Assembly: GCA_009602735.1 (NCBI GenBank)
Contig: WELA01003352.1
Coordinates: 438,319-482,715, forward strand
Direction of reading: 5' to 3'
DNA from: Mesotaenium endlicherianum
Taxonomy: Eukaryota
Length of the DNA: 44,397 nucleotides
Part shown: piece after piece, positions 23,002-34,885 of the stretch
How positions within the stretch are numbered: position 1 is the first letter of the stretch
How the letters are laid out: every line of letters starts with the position of its first letter
Notes under the pieces: model-generated
What the model was told of the DNA's origin: nothing
Databases searched by the model: none
The model's input: only the letters and a program-made list of their open reading frames with translations
Program-made: the position numbers and the translations under genes

Positions 23002-26000
23002 ATGGCTCTTACCAGCATGCATTCTGTGTGCACGACCTTGCCTGCAACTCCTACAACAAGTCTCTTTAGCTCATCTCATCCTTCAGATAAGAGCAACTCG
23101 ATTTGTGCTCAGCCAGCTGCATATTTCCACAAGCAACTGCCAGAAACTCATACGAAGAAAACACTAAAGAGCTCATCACTCAATGGATCAGCTGTCTCGG
23201 GCAAGAAGAAGCAGCTTATTCATCAGAAGAGCCTACTGAATATCACATGTGATGCTTTACCAAAACTCGAAAGCGAGAGTGATGTTGATGGTATCACAAT
23301 TGCAGCTAGACGCACTGTAGTAGAGAGAGTGGGCAACAGTGCACCTAATGGGACAGCAAAGGCTACAATGAACAGGGTCGTGAATGGTGCCTCTAAGGGG
23401 GACGGAAATGGAGCATCTTTCGCCACTCACTTGGACTCAGGCAAGAGGGTTACCAATGGTAAATTGAATGGAGTGACCAATGGTGTAGCCAATGGCGTTG
23501 CGACAAAATTGGTAGCGAATAATGTTGCTTACCCCAAAGTCCTTATTGACTGGGTCGACGAGGAGGAGAAACTTGAAAGACGGGCAGACGACAAGGAGTC
23601 AACTTTTCCTATCTCAGGATCTCGAATTGTAGATTATTTGAGAGGCAAGAACATTCTGCTCACTGGTGCTACTGGATTCCTCGCAAAAGGTAAGCTCACC
23701 CGAGTCCTTCTTGAGGCACTCCTAAGTGTCCAACTTTTGACAGAGCATTAGAGAGACCACCCTATTACATGGGATGCTTTATCGTCAGTTACTGCATAAA
23801 GGTTTCTGGTAAAAGAGTCTGTACCTAGCTGGACTGCATGAAGGGTCTAAGCTCCTGCTCCCACTTGGGTGCAGAAATGAGCTGAACCTTCCTTTCCGTT
23901 CTTCATTGTGTGCAGCACTCGTCGAGAAGATCCTGAGGGAGCAGCCAGACGTGGGACACATATATCTCGTCATTCAGCCTCGTTCCACCGCATCTGCGAC
24001 GCAGAGGCTTGAAGGGCAGGTGCATACCACTGATCCGCATTCCTCATTCTGTTCTTTCTGCAGACTCCCTGGTGTCATGTTGGTTCCCCATCCAGGCAGT
24101 CTACGGCCTAGCTGCATCTCAAAAGTTGGCACATGCATGCATGCATGCCTGGATGATCCGGCTCTCAGCAGCACCCTGCCAATTGAAGTGACATGATGAT
24201 GACCTCGCACACCCCAAAGCCCAAGCACAAGCACAAGCCCAAGCCCAGGCATGAGCATAAGCACAAGCGCGCAAGCACACGCACAAGCACCTTTGTAACA
24301 GTAGCTCGCGAGCAAAAGCCAAGACCCAAGCACCTTTGCAGCGGTAGCTTCTGCCGTTGTGAGGTTTTTGACGAGTGAGCCTTCTGACGAGTGAATCTTC
24401 TGACGAGTGCTCTAGGCTTCAGCCCTTTCTTCCAGGCCATGTGCGTCGTTTGCGAGCGGTTCCTGTCCCTGACAGCCGCCTTCTGCTGCGCCTTCCTGCT
24501 CTGCCTTCTGCTTCTTACAGGTAATTGGCTCCCAGATATTTGACCTGCTACGAGACGCTCACTCGGACGACTATGCCGACTTTATGTCTCAGAAGCTGAC
24601 AGCTGTCTCCGGAAGCCTCTCCCAAGAGGACCTCGGTATCGACCCCCACGTGCTGGCGGAGCTGGCCGGCACCGTCGACGTCATTGTCAACTCGGCGGCC
24701 ACCACTACGTTCGATGAGCGGTGCGCATCTGCCTCTCAATGTTGCTCTTCCTTTTACAGCAGACCGGGGCTAGTAGAGTGGGTCATAGATTCTCTGCTGG
24801 TAATGACATTACTATATATATACATATACATATATACATATGTATATCCATCACTGAAACGCCATCACTGTTGGAAGCTGCTGAGGTTGCTCCTGAGGCT
24901 GCCTCCGGGAGCTGCTGATTTGGAAGGAGGTTGAAGCGAATTCGAAGTGAAGCGCCAGGTGGCAGCTAGATGTGATGCTTGTGCAGGTACGACGTGTCGC
25001 TGGGGATCAACACACGCGGTAGCCAGCGCCTGCTGGAGTTTGCCAAGAGCTGCAAAAAGCTGCAGCTCCTGGTCCAGATCTCCACCGGTGGGTTGAGTCC
25101 CTTCTCCCCTCCCTGTGCATCGTCTGCCGCGCCTCCACGACTGTGACGTGGAGTGGAGTGGAGTTCAGCAAAGTCCTGTGTGATCTCTTGCAAATTTTTA
25201 CTGCGTTCTCTTTCTGTGCCCGCAGCTTGTTCAATGTGGTGGTGGAAACCAGGGAGCAGGCGATGTGGCACTTTGCAAGCCGGCTGACAACGCCGTTGCT
25301 TGCCTCTGCTCTGTGCGCGTGCGTGTGCGTGTGCATGCGTGCGCGCGCCTGTGCAGCTTACACCAACGGCAAGAGGGAGGGCCATGCCGCAGAGAAGCCC
25401 TTCTTCCAGGGGGAGTCAGTGGCACGCGAGCTGGCGGGCGGCAAGGAGGGCCCCCGCGTCGACGTGGCCGCGGAGATCGCGCTCGCCCAGCGCGTGCTTG
25501 CGGAGGCGGAGGAGGAGGCGCGCGCCATGGAGGAGGCGGAGGGCCCCGCCTTCGTCACCAAGCGCATGATGGCGCTCGGGCTGGAAAGGTCCGTGCTGTC
25601 ATGCTGTTGCGCTGTCGTGTTGTCCCTTTCCTGGCAGAGGGCACTTCCCGCTCAGAGGGAACCTCCTAAGAGGGATGGTGACGGCCCAGCTCTCCGCGAC
25701 AGCGCCTGGAGTGCATGCAGGCATGCAGGCATGCAGGCATGCAGGCCTGGAGCTTCTCATGTTCTTGCTCATGCTCATGCTCGTGCTCGTGCTCTTGCTC
25801 ATGCCTGTGCTGATGCCCGTGCTCGTGCCCTTGCCCATGCTCCTGCTCCTGCTCCTGCTTCTGTATGCCATACCCTTGCTGCTTTTGTTAGTGTGGTTGC
25901 TGTTGCGACTCGTCGTTCGCGGCAAGCTAGCTCTCTGTGCGCTCAGGGCAGGCCCCTGGTGCCCCTGTGCTGCTGCTGCTGCTGCCAGGTGTCGAGTCAC

Positions 26001-26239
26001 GGCAGGCCGCACGCGCTGTTTGACACGCATGCAGTCAGGCTATCGATGCGTCAATCCATCGCGCAAATCAAGTCGCCAGTTCCAGAGCTCCTGAGGACCG
26101 GAGGGTCTCATTTCAACAGTGCCCTGCTCCTGCGTGACAGCCACACCTGCCCGGTCCTACCCTGCCCTGCCCTGACGTGCGCTGCCCTGCCTTGCGCTGC
26201 CCAGATCCACTCTGACCTGCTCTGACCTGCCCCCAGTGT

Positions 26240-26306
<67 letters not shown>

Positions 26307-26464
26307 NNNNNNNNNNNNNNNNNNNNNNNNNNNNNNNNNNNNNNNNNNNNNNNNNNNNNNNNNNNNNNNNNNNNNNNNNNNNNNNNNNNNNNNNNNNNNN
26401 NNNNNNNNNNNNNNNNNNNNNNNNNNNNNNNNNNNNNNNNNNNNNNNNNNNNNNNNNNNNNNNN

Positions 26465-26523
<59 letters not shown>

Positions 26524-29326
26524 GCAATCTCCACGGTGTCGCTCGTGTGCGCGCGTGCAGAGCCAACATGCACGGGTGGCAGGACGTGTACGTGTTCACC
26601 AAGGCCATGGCGGAGATGTGCCTCTCGGAGGCGCGCCACGAGCTGCCCATCGTGGTGGTGCGCCCCAGCATCGTGGAGAGCGCCGTCACAGAGCCCATGA
26701 CGGGCTGGATGGAGGGCATCAGGTCAGTCCGCCCTGCCGCCCAGCCAGCCACCCAGCCAGCCGCCCGGCCAGGCCAGCCAGCCAAGCAGCCAGCCAGAAG
26801 GCCCATTGTGTGTCTTGCTGCCATGCCTGTGCTAGTTGGCCCCCTCAGTCTCGCCTGTGCCTGTGGAGGAGGAGCTTAGAGGCTGACTCCGTCGGCTGTA
26901 GCACTGCACTGGCTGTGGTTGGGGCTAGGGTGTGAGTTGATTCTCGCACTTGGGACTCGCTCGTTTGTCAGTGTGTAGCAAACGCTTCTCGGCACACACA
27001 CGTCTCTGGCGAGGCCTGCGTGGGGTTATCTGTCACTGCGTGCTGGCAACCGAGATGTGTGTGGTGTCCTTCCTCTTCCGAAGAGCGTCGCCTGGTACAT
27101 TGGTACTTTATAATGCAAATTGGCCCTGCAAGCTACCGAGTGCATTACATATGAAAATATTGTTATTCCCTCTTTTTCTTTCCCTTTGTTCTTCTTTCCG
27201 GCGGCGACGTGGCTGCAGGATGTGCGACCCGGTGTTCATCGCCTACGGCAAGGGCCAGCTGGCGGGCTTTTTGGCCGACAAGAGCGGAGTCCTCGATTTG
27301 GTGGGCCTCCACTGCCCTCCTTCTCATGCTTGCAATCTTCCCTGAGCGTGCTTTGCCCGCGTGGACAATGAGTGGTGCATGCGTGTTGGTTGGGTACAGT
27401 GCATGTGTCGTATTGCTTGCGCATGGATACGGAGTATGACGGCTGCATGTGGTTCTAAGGTTCATGCTCCCAGCGGTCCACGCCTGTCTGTGCACGTCTG
27501 AGTGCGTCTGCATTTGACCGTGTGCATACATGTGTCCAACCGGAAAGCTGTGACTTAGTTGGCATGGACGGAGACTGTGGTATGCAATCTATCTCTGCCC
27601 TGCCCTTACCTGCTCTGGAAATGAAATTCACCTCCCTCCACTGGTAGCAGCAGAGGCACGCCACTGGAGGCTTCTTCCCTCCCCCCCCCCAACCCCTCCC
27701 CCCCTTCCCCCCTTCTGGTGAAGCCTTCACCGATTGTGAGTGAGGAGAGAGGGACTGGGATGTCGTGCACGTGGACCAAAAAAAATGGCCGAGTCTGACA
27801 GTCATGGAGTGCCCTCCTCCCCCCCCCCCCCCCCCNCTAACAGGTGCCGGTCGACTACGTGATCAACGCAATCCTGGCGACGCTGCCCAAGAACGCCGGG
27901 AGGCCGGGCTTGACGGTGTACCAGGTGGCGACATCTGTCGCCAACCCGCTAGTCATTAGCCGCGCCGCCGAGGCCATCACCGACCACTTCGTCGAGGCCC
28001 CCATGATGGACCGCCACGGCCAGCCCGTGCAGGTGAAACCCATCAAAGTGTTCGACAGCCGCCTCGCCTTCACCCTCCACATGCTGCTCAAGTACCAGCT
28101 CCCCTTCCAGGTAAGCGGGACACTTACGCAGGCACGCACGCACGCCATTCACGTGCAGCGCCCCTACACAGCATCCCCCCCCCCCCCCTCGGGGACCTTG
28201 TTTCCTTCTTTCTGGCCCCCGTTCCCTGTTCGCTCTGGCGGTCCGACATGTGCTGGTACTCTTGCTTTCTTCGTGCCCTGCATGGTCGTCGCTCTCGGGA
28301 TAGACCCGCTCTGCCAGTGAAGACGGAACTGCATGCGCGACAGGTCCCGACGGACCTGCAGCCCACGTCGCGGACAGGTGCCAATGTAAGGGACTGACAG
28401 ACAGACCGACCGACTGACTGACCGACCGACGTGGTTGACGACCAACGTGACTGACGACTAACATGACCAATGAACCGCCGTGACTGACTGGCCGACCGAC
28501 CTGTCGTCCTCTCGTGCGTTCGTGCGTGCGTGCCCGCAGTTCCAGAGGCTCTTCCAGCCGAGCACGGGGATGGTGCAGAAGCGCAACAACATCATGCTCA
28601 AGACCATGCAGCAGCTGCTCCACCTCGCTGGCATCTACGCCCCCTACACCTTCTACAACTGCAGGTACTCTCTCGTGCACGTGCACGTGCGCGCGCGCTC
28701 TTGCTCTTCTTGTCGTCCTGGCATCTGGCTATGCTACACTTCCAGCGAGTCCAAGGACAGCTGCCCTGGCCCCTTCCGGACTTCGCTCTGCATGGCCTCT
28801 CCTCCTCGTTCATCCCCATCTTTGCAGATGTGAGGCTTGTGAGGCTTGCTCTTGTCCTTTTGCGCCAAGCGAATTCGCTTGCATTGGATTGCTTGCTCTG
28901 CTGCCAGACCCTGTTGAATACCCCGCATGCTGCTCCGCTAGCTTGTATTGTGGCTGTCTTATAATATAATTATATGTCAGTTGTGAGAGCTTCAATAGCA
29001 GGTCAGGGACGATGTTTTGGATGGCGCGGGGATTGCTTTTGGTGGGAATTGTTGACCCAACCATCGCTGCCGGCCTGTGCACCCCCCTCTGTGCTCTGTG
29101 CTTTGCTGATACTTCGCTCTGCTGCCCCCTCCGTGCTCTGCGCACTCTGCCGTGCAGGTTCGACGCGAGCAACACGCAGCAGCTGTTTGCGGAGCTCTCG
29201 CCGGAAGACCAGAAGCGCTTCAACTTTGACCTCACGCAGATTGAGTGGCACCACTACCTGACTAAGGTGCACCTGCCCGGGCTGCGCAAGTTTGTCCTGA
29301 AAGGCAGAGGCAGCAAGCTGTCCTGA
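23002..29326 (+). CDS. FAR2: Fatty acyl-CoA/ACP reductase, MS2/FAR2-type with N-terminal plastid-transit-like extension; 10 exons, 709 aa
   Basis: Exons 23002-23689, 23916-24019, 24521-24720, 24987-25087, 25357-25588, 26561-26722, 27219-27300, 27844-28110, 28540-28664, 29158-29326 (2130 nt, all GT-AG, phases consistent). Rossmann TGATGFLAK, NSAATTTFDERYD, QISTAY, catalytic YVFTK in GWQDVYVFTKAMAE, VRPSIVES, VPVDYVINA, and a sterile/FAR_C domain (YAPYTFY..RFDASNT..IEWHHYL..VHLPGLRKFVLKGR). The MS2/FAR2 subtype is inferred from the extension. Confidence 0.95.
26245..26520 (+). repeat. (CT)n microsatellite spanning an N gap in a FAR intron
   Basis: Directly visible. Confidence 0.9.
28392..28500 (+). 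repeat. Degenerate (GACT/GACC)n tetranucleotide repeat before FAR exon 9
   Basis: gactgacagacagaccgaccgactgactgaccgaccgac..gactaac..gactgactggccgaccgac. Confidence 0.8.
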
Positions 29327-30205
29327 AGAGGGGTGGCTCTCTTGCCATGCGCCGCAGAGTTGCTCCGCGGGTTTATGTGAGGAAATTTTATAAATAAGTA
29401 CATACATTTGTTGCTACAGGTAGATAAGATAATGATGTATCAAAGAACGCGTCAGAATTTGCCAGCTCGTAGTAGTCTTTTCCGTCTTCCCAGCACGCCC
29501 CTATTCTTTCAGAAATCTCATGACTCGAGCTAAGTATGTTATTCTTTTTACGGCTCTGTTGAGCTGGAAACTTTTCGCTGCAAGAGCCCATGCTTAGTTG
29601 GCATAACACTCTGCTATGATCCTACTTGTTTTGGAATATGAATATTCCAAACACACCTGTCATTGTCGCCCACATACAAACCTCAATTTAGTGTACAGGT
29701 AGCCTTGTACATACACCACTTCACTTGCTACTAGACCCTCGGAATCATATGTTTGTCTGAGCTGACCATCCACTTCATGCTTAGCATGGATATGCATTCA
29801 TGTTTTGATTTGCAAAAATATGCAATGTGGTTGAGGACACAAGAAAGACCTTCTTGGAGTTGTTGCACTTTTTTAATTAATGTACATGACTCAGAACTCC
29901 ACCGCATGCCTAAGCTACATTGCAGGCTTGAAGCTTATCATGAATATGGCGAAGAGGCATCCGGCCATTGATTTTCATGATATAGAATCTGATGCAACTT
30001 GTGTCTAAATTTTGACAAAACTTCTAAACCTTGGTGCAGAAAAATAAATTAATCAATGGTTAATCATATTTAAGACCAATTTTACTGTGAATGCTCAGTA
30101 ACCAAAATGACTCTATATGAGCAGATATGAAATTAGTGTGACTAATATATGGCATGGCCAGTTCAAATTGATCATTGCATAATTCATGTCTTCAAATTCA
30201 TTCAA

Positions 30206-30540
30206 ATTGAAGGTTTGCGACATGAAATGTCGCAAACCAAAGTTTGACAAAGTGTTTAAATTTGATCGATTTCACACGTGTTGTGTCTCATCGACAAACG
30301 AAACCCTCATAAGGCTTCTCGTTGCAAAGAAGCCCCATTGCAGCAGGAAGGTAGTTGCTACACATACCCGTGTAGACATTGAATGCCGAGACTTACTCAA
30401 ACAATCTTATGTCAGGCATACAAAATCGCTTGATAGAGTACCATAGATCCGCAAACATATTGCATACTACTACTCCTACTATTCTTCCTAATATCATCTT
30501 CTTTCATTCGAAATCAGGCAATTTGAACACAAATTGTCAA
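30206..30540 (-). mobile_element. Non-autonomous rolling-circle-type element (Helitron2/Helentron-like ends), copy 2
   Basis: Block A 30205-30369 and block B 30462-30541 are nearly identical to copy 1; same hairpin at 30212-30238; the 92-bp core shows no visible similarity to the 332-bp core of copy 1. Confidence 0.6.
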
Positions 30541-32464
30541 ACATACAAAGTTGATGTGAGGTGACTAGTTTTGAAAAATTGACCACAAATTAAGCCCATC
30601 AGTGGAATAATGGGATGATGGCTCCTTCCAACATTTGGGGGCGCATTGCAACACTATTCCAATTTCGCCATCAACTTTTTGATTTTTAAGGCCATAATAG
30701 CCCTCGGGTTTGCATAGGAAATCAATGAAACGGTAATCTTTGCACACGACTTGCAATCCTTGCGAAAAGAATCAACGATATTGAAAAGCCGCAGCCACTT
30801 TGCAACCCCAAGAGTGGAACAATGAGCATCAGTTGCCTACTGACGTCTCGTCAATGCCTCAGAGGAGACAACCATGATATCCAATTAAGCATTGAGTTTA
30901 ATAATGTCCTTTGAATCCACTCCTTGGCTGCAACATCGGACTGCAGCAGCAACAGCAACAGCAGAGAAGAGGTCATGCAAAGTGTTACAAAACTTCCTGA
31001 ACCTAAGTAACTGCTTCCTTGACAGTAACGGATTACATCAAACAGCTTTGGGAGCTAAAGAATTACGAACCCAGACACAATACCATGAGGAAAACAGTAT
31101 GTACACCAAAAGTATGGAAGCTGTACCGGAGAATAGCGGATACCGGATAGCAAATACCGGATAGTGCACTCCACAACAATTCATTGTGGGACAAGACCTG
31201 AATCTAGCCATGCACATTCAGGAGAAGAGGCACACTGCGCCCTATTCTACGTCCTTCCAATGCTACTTTGCACACGTACAAGAGCGAGCCTCAAACTTCC
31301 CCCAGGTGGCAGGCGCAAGGTGGTGCTTGTCCTCGAGCATCAGCAGCCGCCAGGCAGATCCTCAGGAGGACACACATCAGACTTGTGGCTAGCCTTGGCG
31401 CTTTCGTAAATTCTAAATGAGGTTGGTTCCCCTTGGGAGCTAGATCGGGTTGGTTTGCACAGCTGCATCCAGGTGGCAATACCATGCCACAATTGCGACG
31501 CCAGGGGGCGCCAGGTGGTCGTGCAGGCTTCGAGAGGTGACTTGGCTGCGGCGCTCGAGGCGCCAGGTGGCCTTTTCTGCAGAGGCAAGTATCCCATGCT
31601 AACATCATGCCATGCCAGAGGCAGAGCCAGACCCAGAGCCAAAGGCAGATCCGGAGCCGGGCTGGAGTCGGAGCCGACCAGTCATTCAGCTGGCACAGCC
31701 CACTTCTTGCCAGGTAAGCTCGGAGCCCGCTAACACGCTTGTCTGTAGTTCCGTTGTACTTCTGCTTCTATACTGCTGCCCATGGTCGCCTCCTCACGCC
31801 TTGTACGCGCAACGAGGGGGACGGGAGACACCGCAGCCGACAGCGGCATACGGAGCGCACCGATGCGCAAGAAGGCCAGGAAAAGAAGCGGCATTGCAGA
31901 TACACACACCTGAGACAGCTCTCACTGGACAACTCAATCTGCCAAGCTCAGTGCGCTTGGGGGACCCCGAAGTACGAAGACAGAGCATGCTACTTAAGAG
32001 GAGAAGAGAGGCTCTCTTCTGCCCCCCGCTCCTAAGATGGGAACGCCTCACGCCTGCAATGCACACGCGTTCGCAACTGCAGGCGCCTGTCCCTAATATC
32101 ACAAGCCCAGCGAGCAGACTACAGCACAACTGTAGGGAGCTTGCTGGGAGGCAAAATATCAGAGAAAAACTGGAAAAGGGAGAGTGCAAGAGAAAGAGGG
32201 GGCTGCGGGGGGGGAGGGTGCAAAGAGAAAGGGGGGCCAAGGGGGGGGGATGCAAACAAAGAGAATGCTGCTGCTTCATGTCCCTGCAATTTTTCTGTAG
32301 TATGTACATTTGCCTCCCAAGCCGGGTCCTCAGCTGCTATGCCAGCAGACAGCAACTGGCGCCAACACCCTCGTCAGCAAACTACACAAGATGCGGACGG
32401 CGGCGGCCGGCGAGTGGTGAGGACAGGGGGCAAGTGCGGGCAAGTCTCCCAAGTGGCAGCCTCC

Positions 32465-32948
32465 TCAGGTGACAGCCTCGAGCAACCCAGCCGCAAACTG
32501 CTGGATGGGATTGCTGTTGCCGCCACCGCCTGTCCCCGCCACTGCCACTCTGCCACCTGCTGCCGCTACTGCTGTCGCTGTTGCTGCCATCGCCACCGCC
32601 GCACGGAGCTCGACAGCGCGACAGGTATGCACAATGCGGCCGCCCGCAAGGAGCGCCACCTCGTCGGCGACGCGCACCATCTGCTCCACGCTGTGCGACA
32701 CCCACACGACCGCCAGGCCCTCGCTGCGGCAGAGCTCGCGTACGGACTGCTCGACGTGCAGCGTGGCGGCGGGATCGAGCGCGCTTGTCGGCTCGTCCAG
32801 CAGCAGCACCTGCGTCGCAGCGCGTCGCGTTGCTCAATTGAAAATATGCACGTGCACGGGCTCCCACAGTGACAGGATGTGCGCGTGCGCATGGACGCGG
32901 GAACATGTACGAAAGTGCTCGTGCGTGCACACACACACACGCACACGC

Positions 32949-33000
<52 letters not shown>

Positions 33001-34713
33001 GGGAGGAGCAGGAGTAGGAGCAGGAGGAGGAGGAGGAGGAGGGGGGCGGCCCTGTCTGACCTTGTTTGACCCTTGTTGACCCTGGTCAACCTGTCTGCGG
33101 TTATTTCTGCGAAAAAAGAAGGCATTAATTGGGAGGCATAGGATCTGACCTGGGGGGGGCTCCTTCTGCTGTTTGATTTCTGCCGCCCGGTGCCGCCCGG
33201 TTTCTCACGCCAGATTGCCATCGGCCCCGACTTCCGCCAGATTACGGCCATCTGTCGCGCAACGCGTGTGGCCCGTCCCGGGAGTGCCACGTGGCAAGAT
33301 GCCAGCAGACGAGGCGGAGAGCAGGAGGAGGAGGAGGAACAGTTGTACNGGCCACCCTTTGCTGCTGCCCCCCAGACAGGCTGCCTGCGCGCCTGCTCGC
33401 AAATGAAGGGTCCAGATGCACCTTGCGCAGGAGATCCGCCACCTCATGCAACACCAGCTGGCGTCCCCTCAGGCGGGGCCCGTACTGCAGGTTCTCCTCC
33501 ACTGTGCCTGCATGCAATCCGTTAGCGAGGGAGGTGAAGGCACACGCCAGTTATCAGACACACGTCGCATGCGCATGCACGCGAGCATCCCCGCGGGAGC
33601 ATGCATTCCCAGGGGTGCATGTACTAATAGTGGGTGCATGCGACCACGCACTCTCTTCGACCCTTTCTGTGCACGCTGCTCAGGGCCTGCACAAGCGCCA
33701 GCTATCAGCGGTGCAGATGCTCGGACGATAGGCGTCCAGGTCTTTGGGCCCATCAGGCCCCCAGCTGTAAGGGACGCATCGACACAAGCCATACACTGAG
33801 AGCTATTTGGCCGACTGGACGACCAGAGACCCCGACAGTTGGCTGCATGCCCTTCCTAAGCATCCTACCAACATATCTATGAGACACAGACACAAACAAA
33901 CCCTCCCTCCCTTCCTCCCTCCCTCCCTCCCCCTCACAAGCAGGCACCCATTGTAGCTGCAGCGCGCGAATGCGAGCAGCGCGCAGCCGTTTCTCGTTCT
34001 TTAGCTCTGCTGCACTCTCAAGAGCGCTGCCAGTCTGAACTCGCCTGCTACTTCCAAATCAGTCAGTCGCCCACTGCGATGAACTTGTCTGCCCCTCTAG
34101 AGAGCAGTCTGCCGCCCTTAATCTGTGTGCCGCTCTATACCTGCCCGCACTGCTGAACACATTCTGACGCTCGGGACTAGACAATCTGGCTCTTGAATCC
34201 TGCCCGCCACTCTAATCAACCTGCCTGCTGTGCTATACTTGTGAAGGGAGAGACACACACACACAGAGAGAGAGAGGAGGGCAGGAGGGAGGGAGGGAGG
34301 GGAGGGAGGAGAGGGACAAGGAGAAGGGGTGCTTTGAGGTGCGCAAGCTCCCACAGCAGGGTCTCACCCTCGAAGAGGGCGGCCGTCTGGAAGAGCATGC
34401 CCACGTGGCGCCGCAGGAGGACGACATCCAGCGCCGTGATGTCGCGGCAGTCGAGGTACACGCTGCCAGGTGGCGGCTCTCCCAGCCGGTTGAGCATGCG
34501 CAGGAGAGTCGACTTCCCGCTCCCGCTGGGCCCCACCAGTCCGAGGATCTGCCCCCTGCCCACCTGAAAGCTGCAATCCTTCAGAATACTTGTACCATCA
34601 GGTGCGTCGTAGCTGAGCTTCTGCACGGATAGCTTCAGGGTGCTCTCTGTGATGGCACAGGCTGGCAGCAGGTGCTGACCAACAGACTCAGATAGTTCGA
34701 TCGTGACAGACAT
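32465..34713 (-). CDS. STAR1: ABC transporter I family member 17 / STAR1 (stand-alone NBD), 3 exons; exon 2 incomplete at an assembly join
   Basis: Exon 1 34713-34368, exon 2 33507-~33349, exon 3 32809-32465. Walker A GPSGSGKSTLLRMLNRLGEPP..VYLDCRDITALDVVLLRRHVGMLFQ, GTVEENLQYGPRLRG, signature LSGGQQQRVA, Walker B LLLDEPTSALDP, H-loop VSHS; colinear with Arabidopsis ABCI17/STAR1. Confidence 0.92.
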
Positions 34714-34729
34714 TCTGTCTGAGCTACCC

Positions 34730-34885
34730 CAAGCACATGCAGCCCAGCCACCGCCCAAGCACAGCCCAAGAACGGCCCAGGCACAGCCAAAGCACGTATA
34801 GCCCAAGGAACAGCCCAAGTACGGGCAAAGGGCAGCACAAGCCCGTGGTGCTCAATCACAGCCCTTAATCACGGCCGAAGCCCAG
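34730..34885 (-). repeat. Degenerate ~11-bp minisatellite (acagcccaag-like) just upstream of the STAR1 ATG; contains six TGGGCY motifs
   Basis: RGCCCA on + at 34741, 34763, 34774, 34800, 34812 and 34879. Confidence 0.6.

Noticed and set aside
30892..32460. Extra gene between FAR and STAR1 (ORFs 31612-32472, 31291-31642; repeated ccaggtgg)
   Set aside because: No recognisable domain or consistent exon chain; more likely STAR1 3' region or intergenic DNA.
23002..34713. FAR next to an ABC transporter as a lipid biosynthesis/export cluster
   Set aside because: The ABC gene is a stand-alone STAR1-type NBD, not an ABCG lipid exporter; the genes are merely convergent neighbours.
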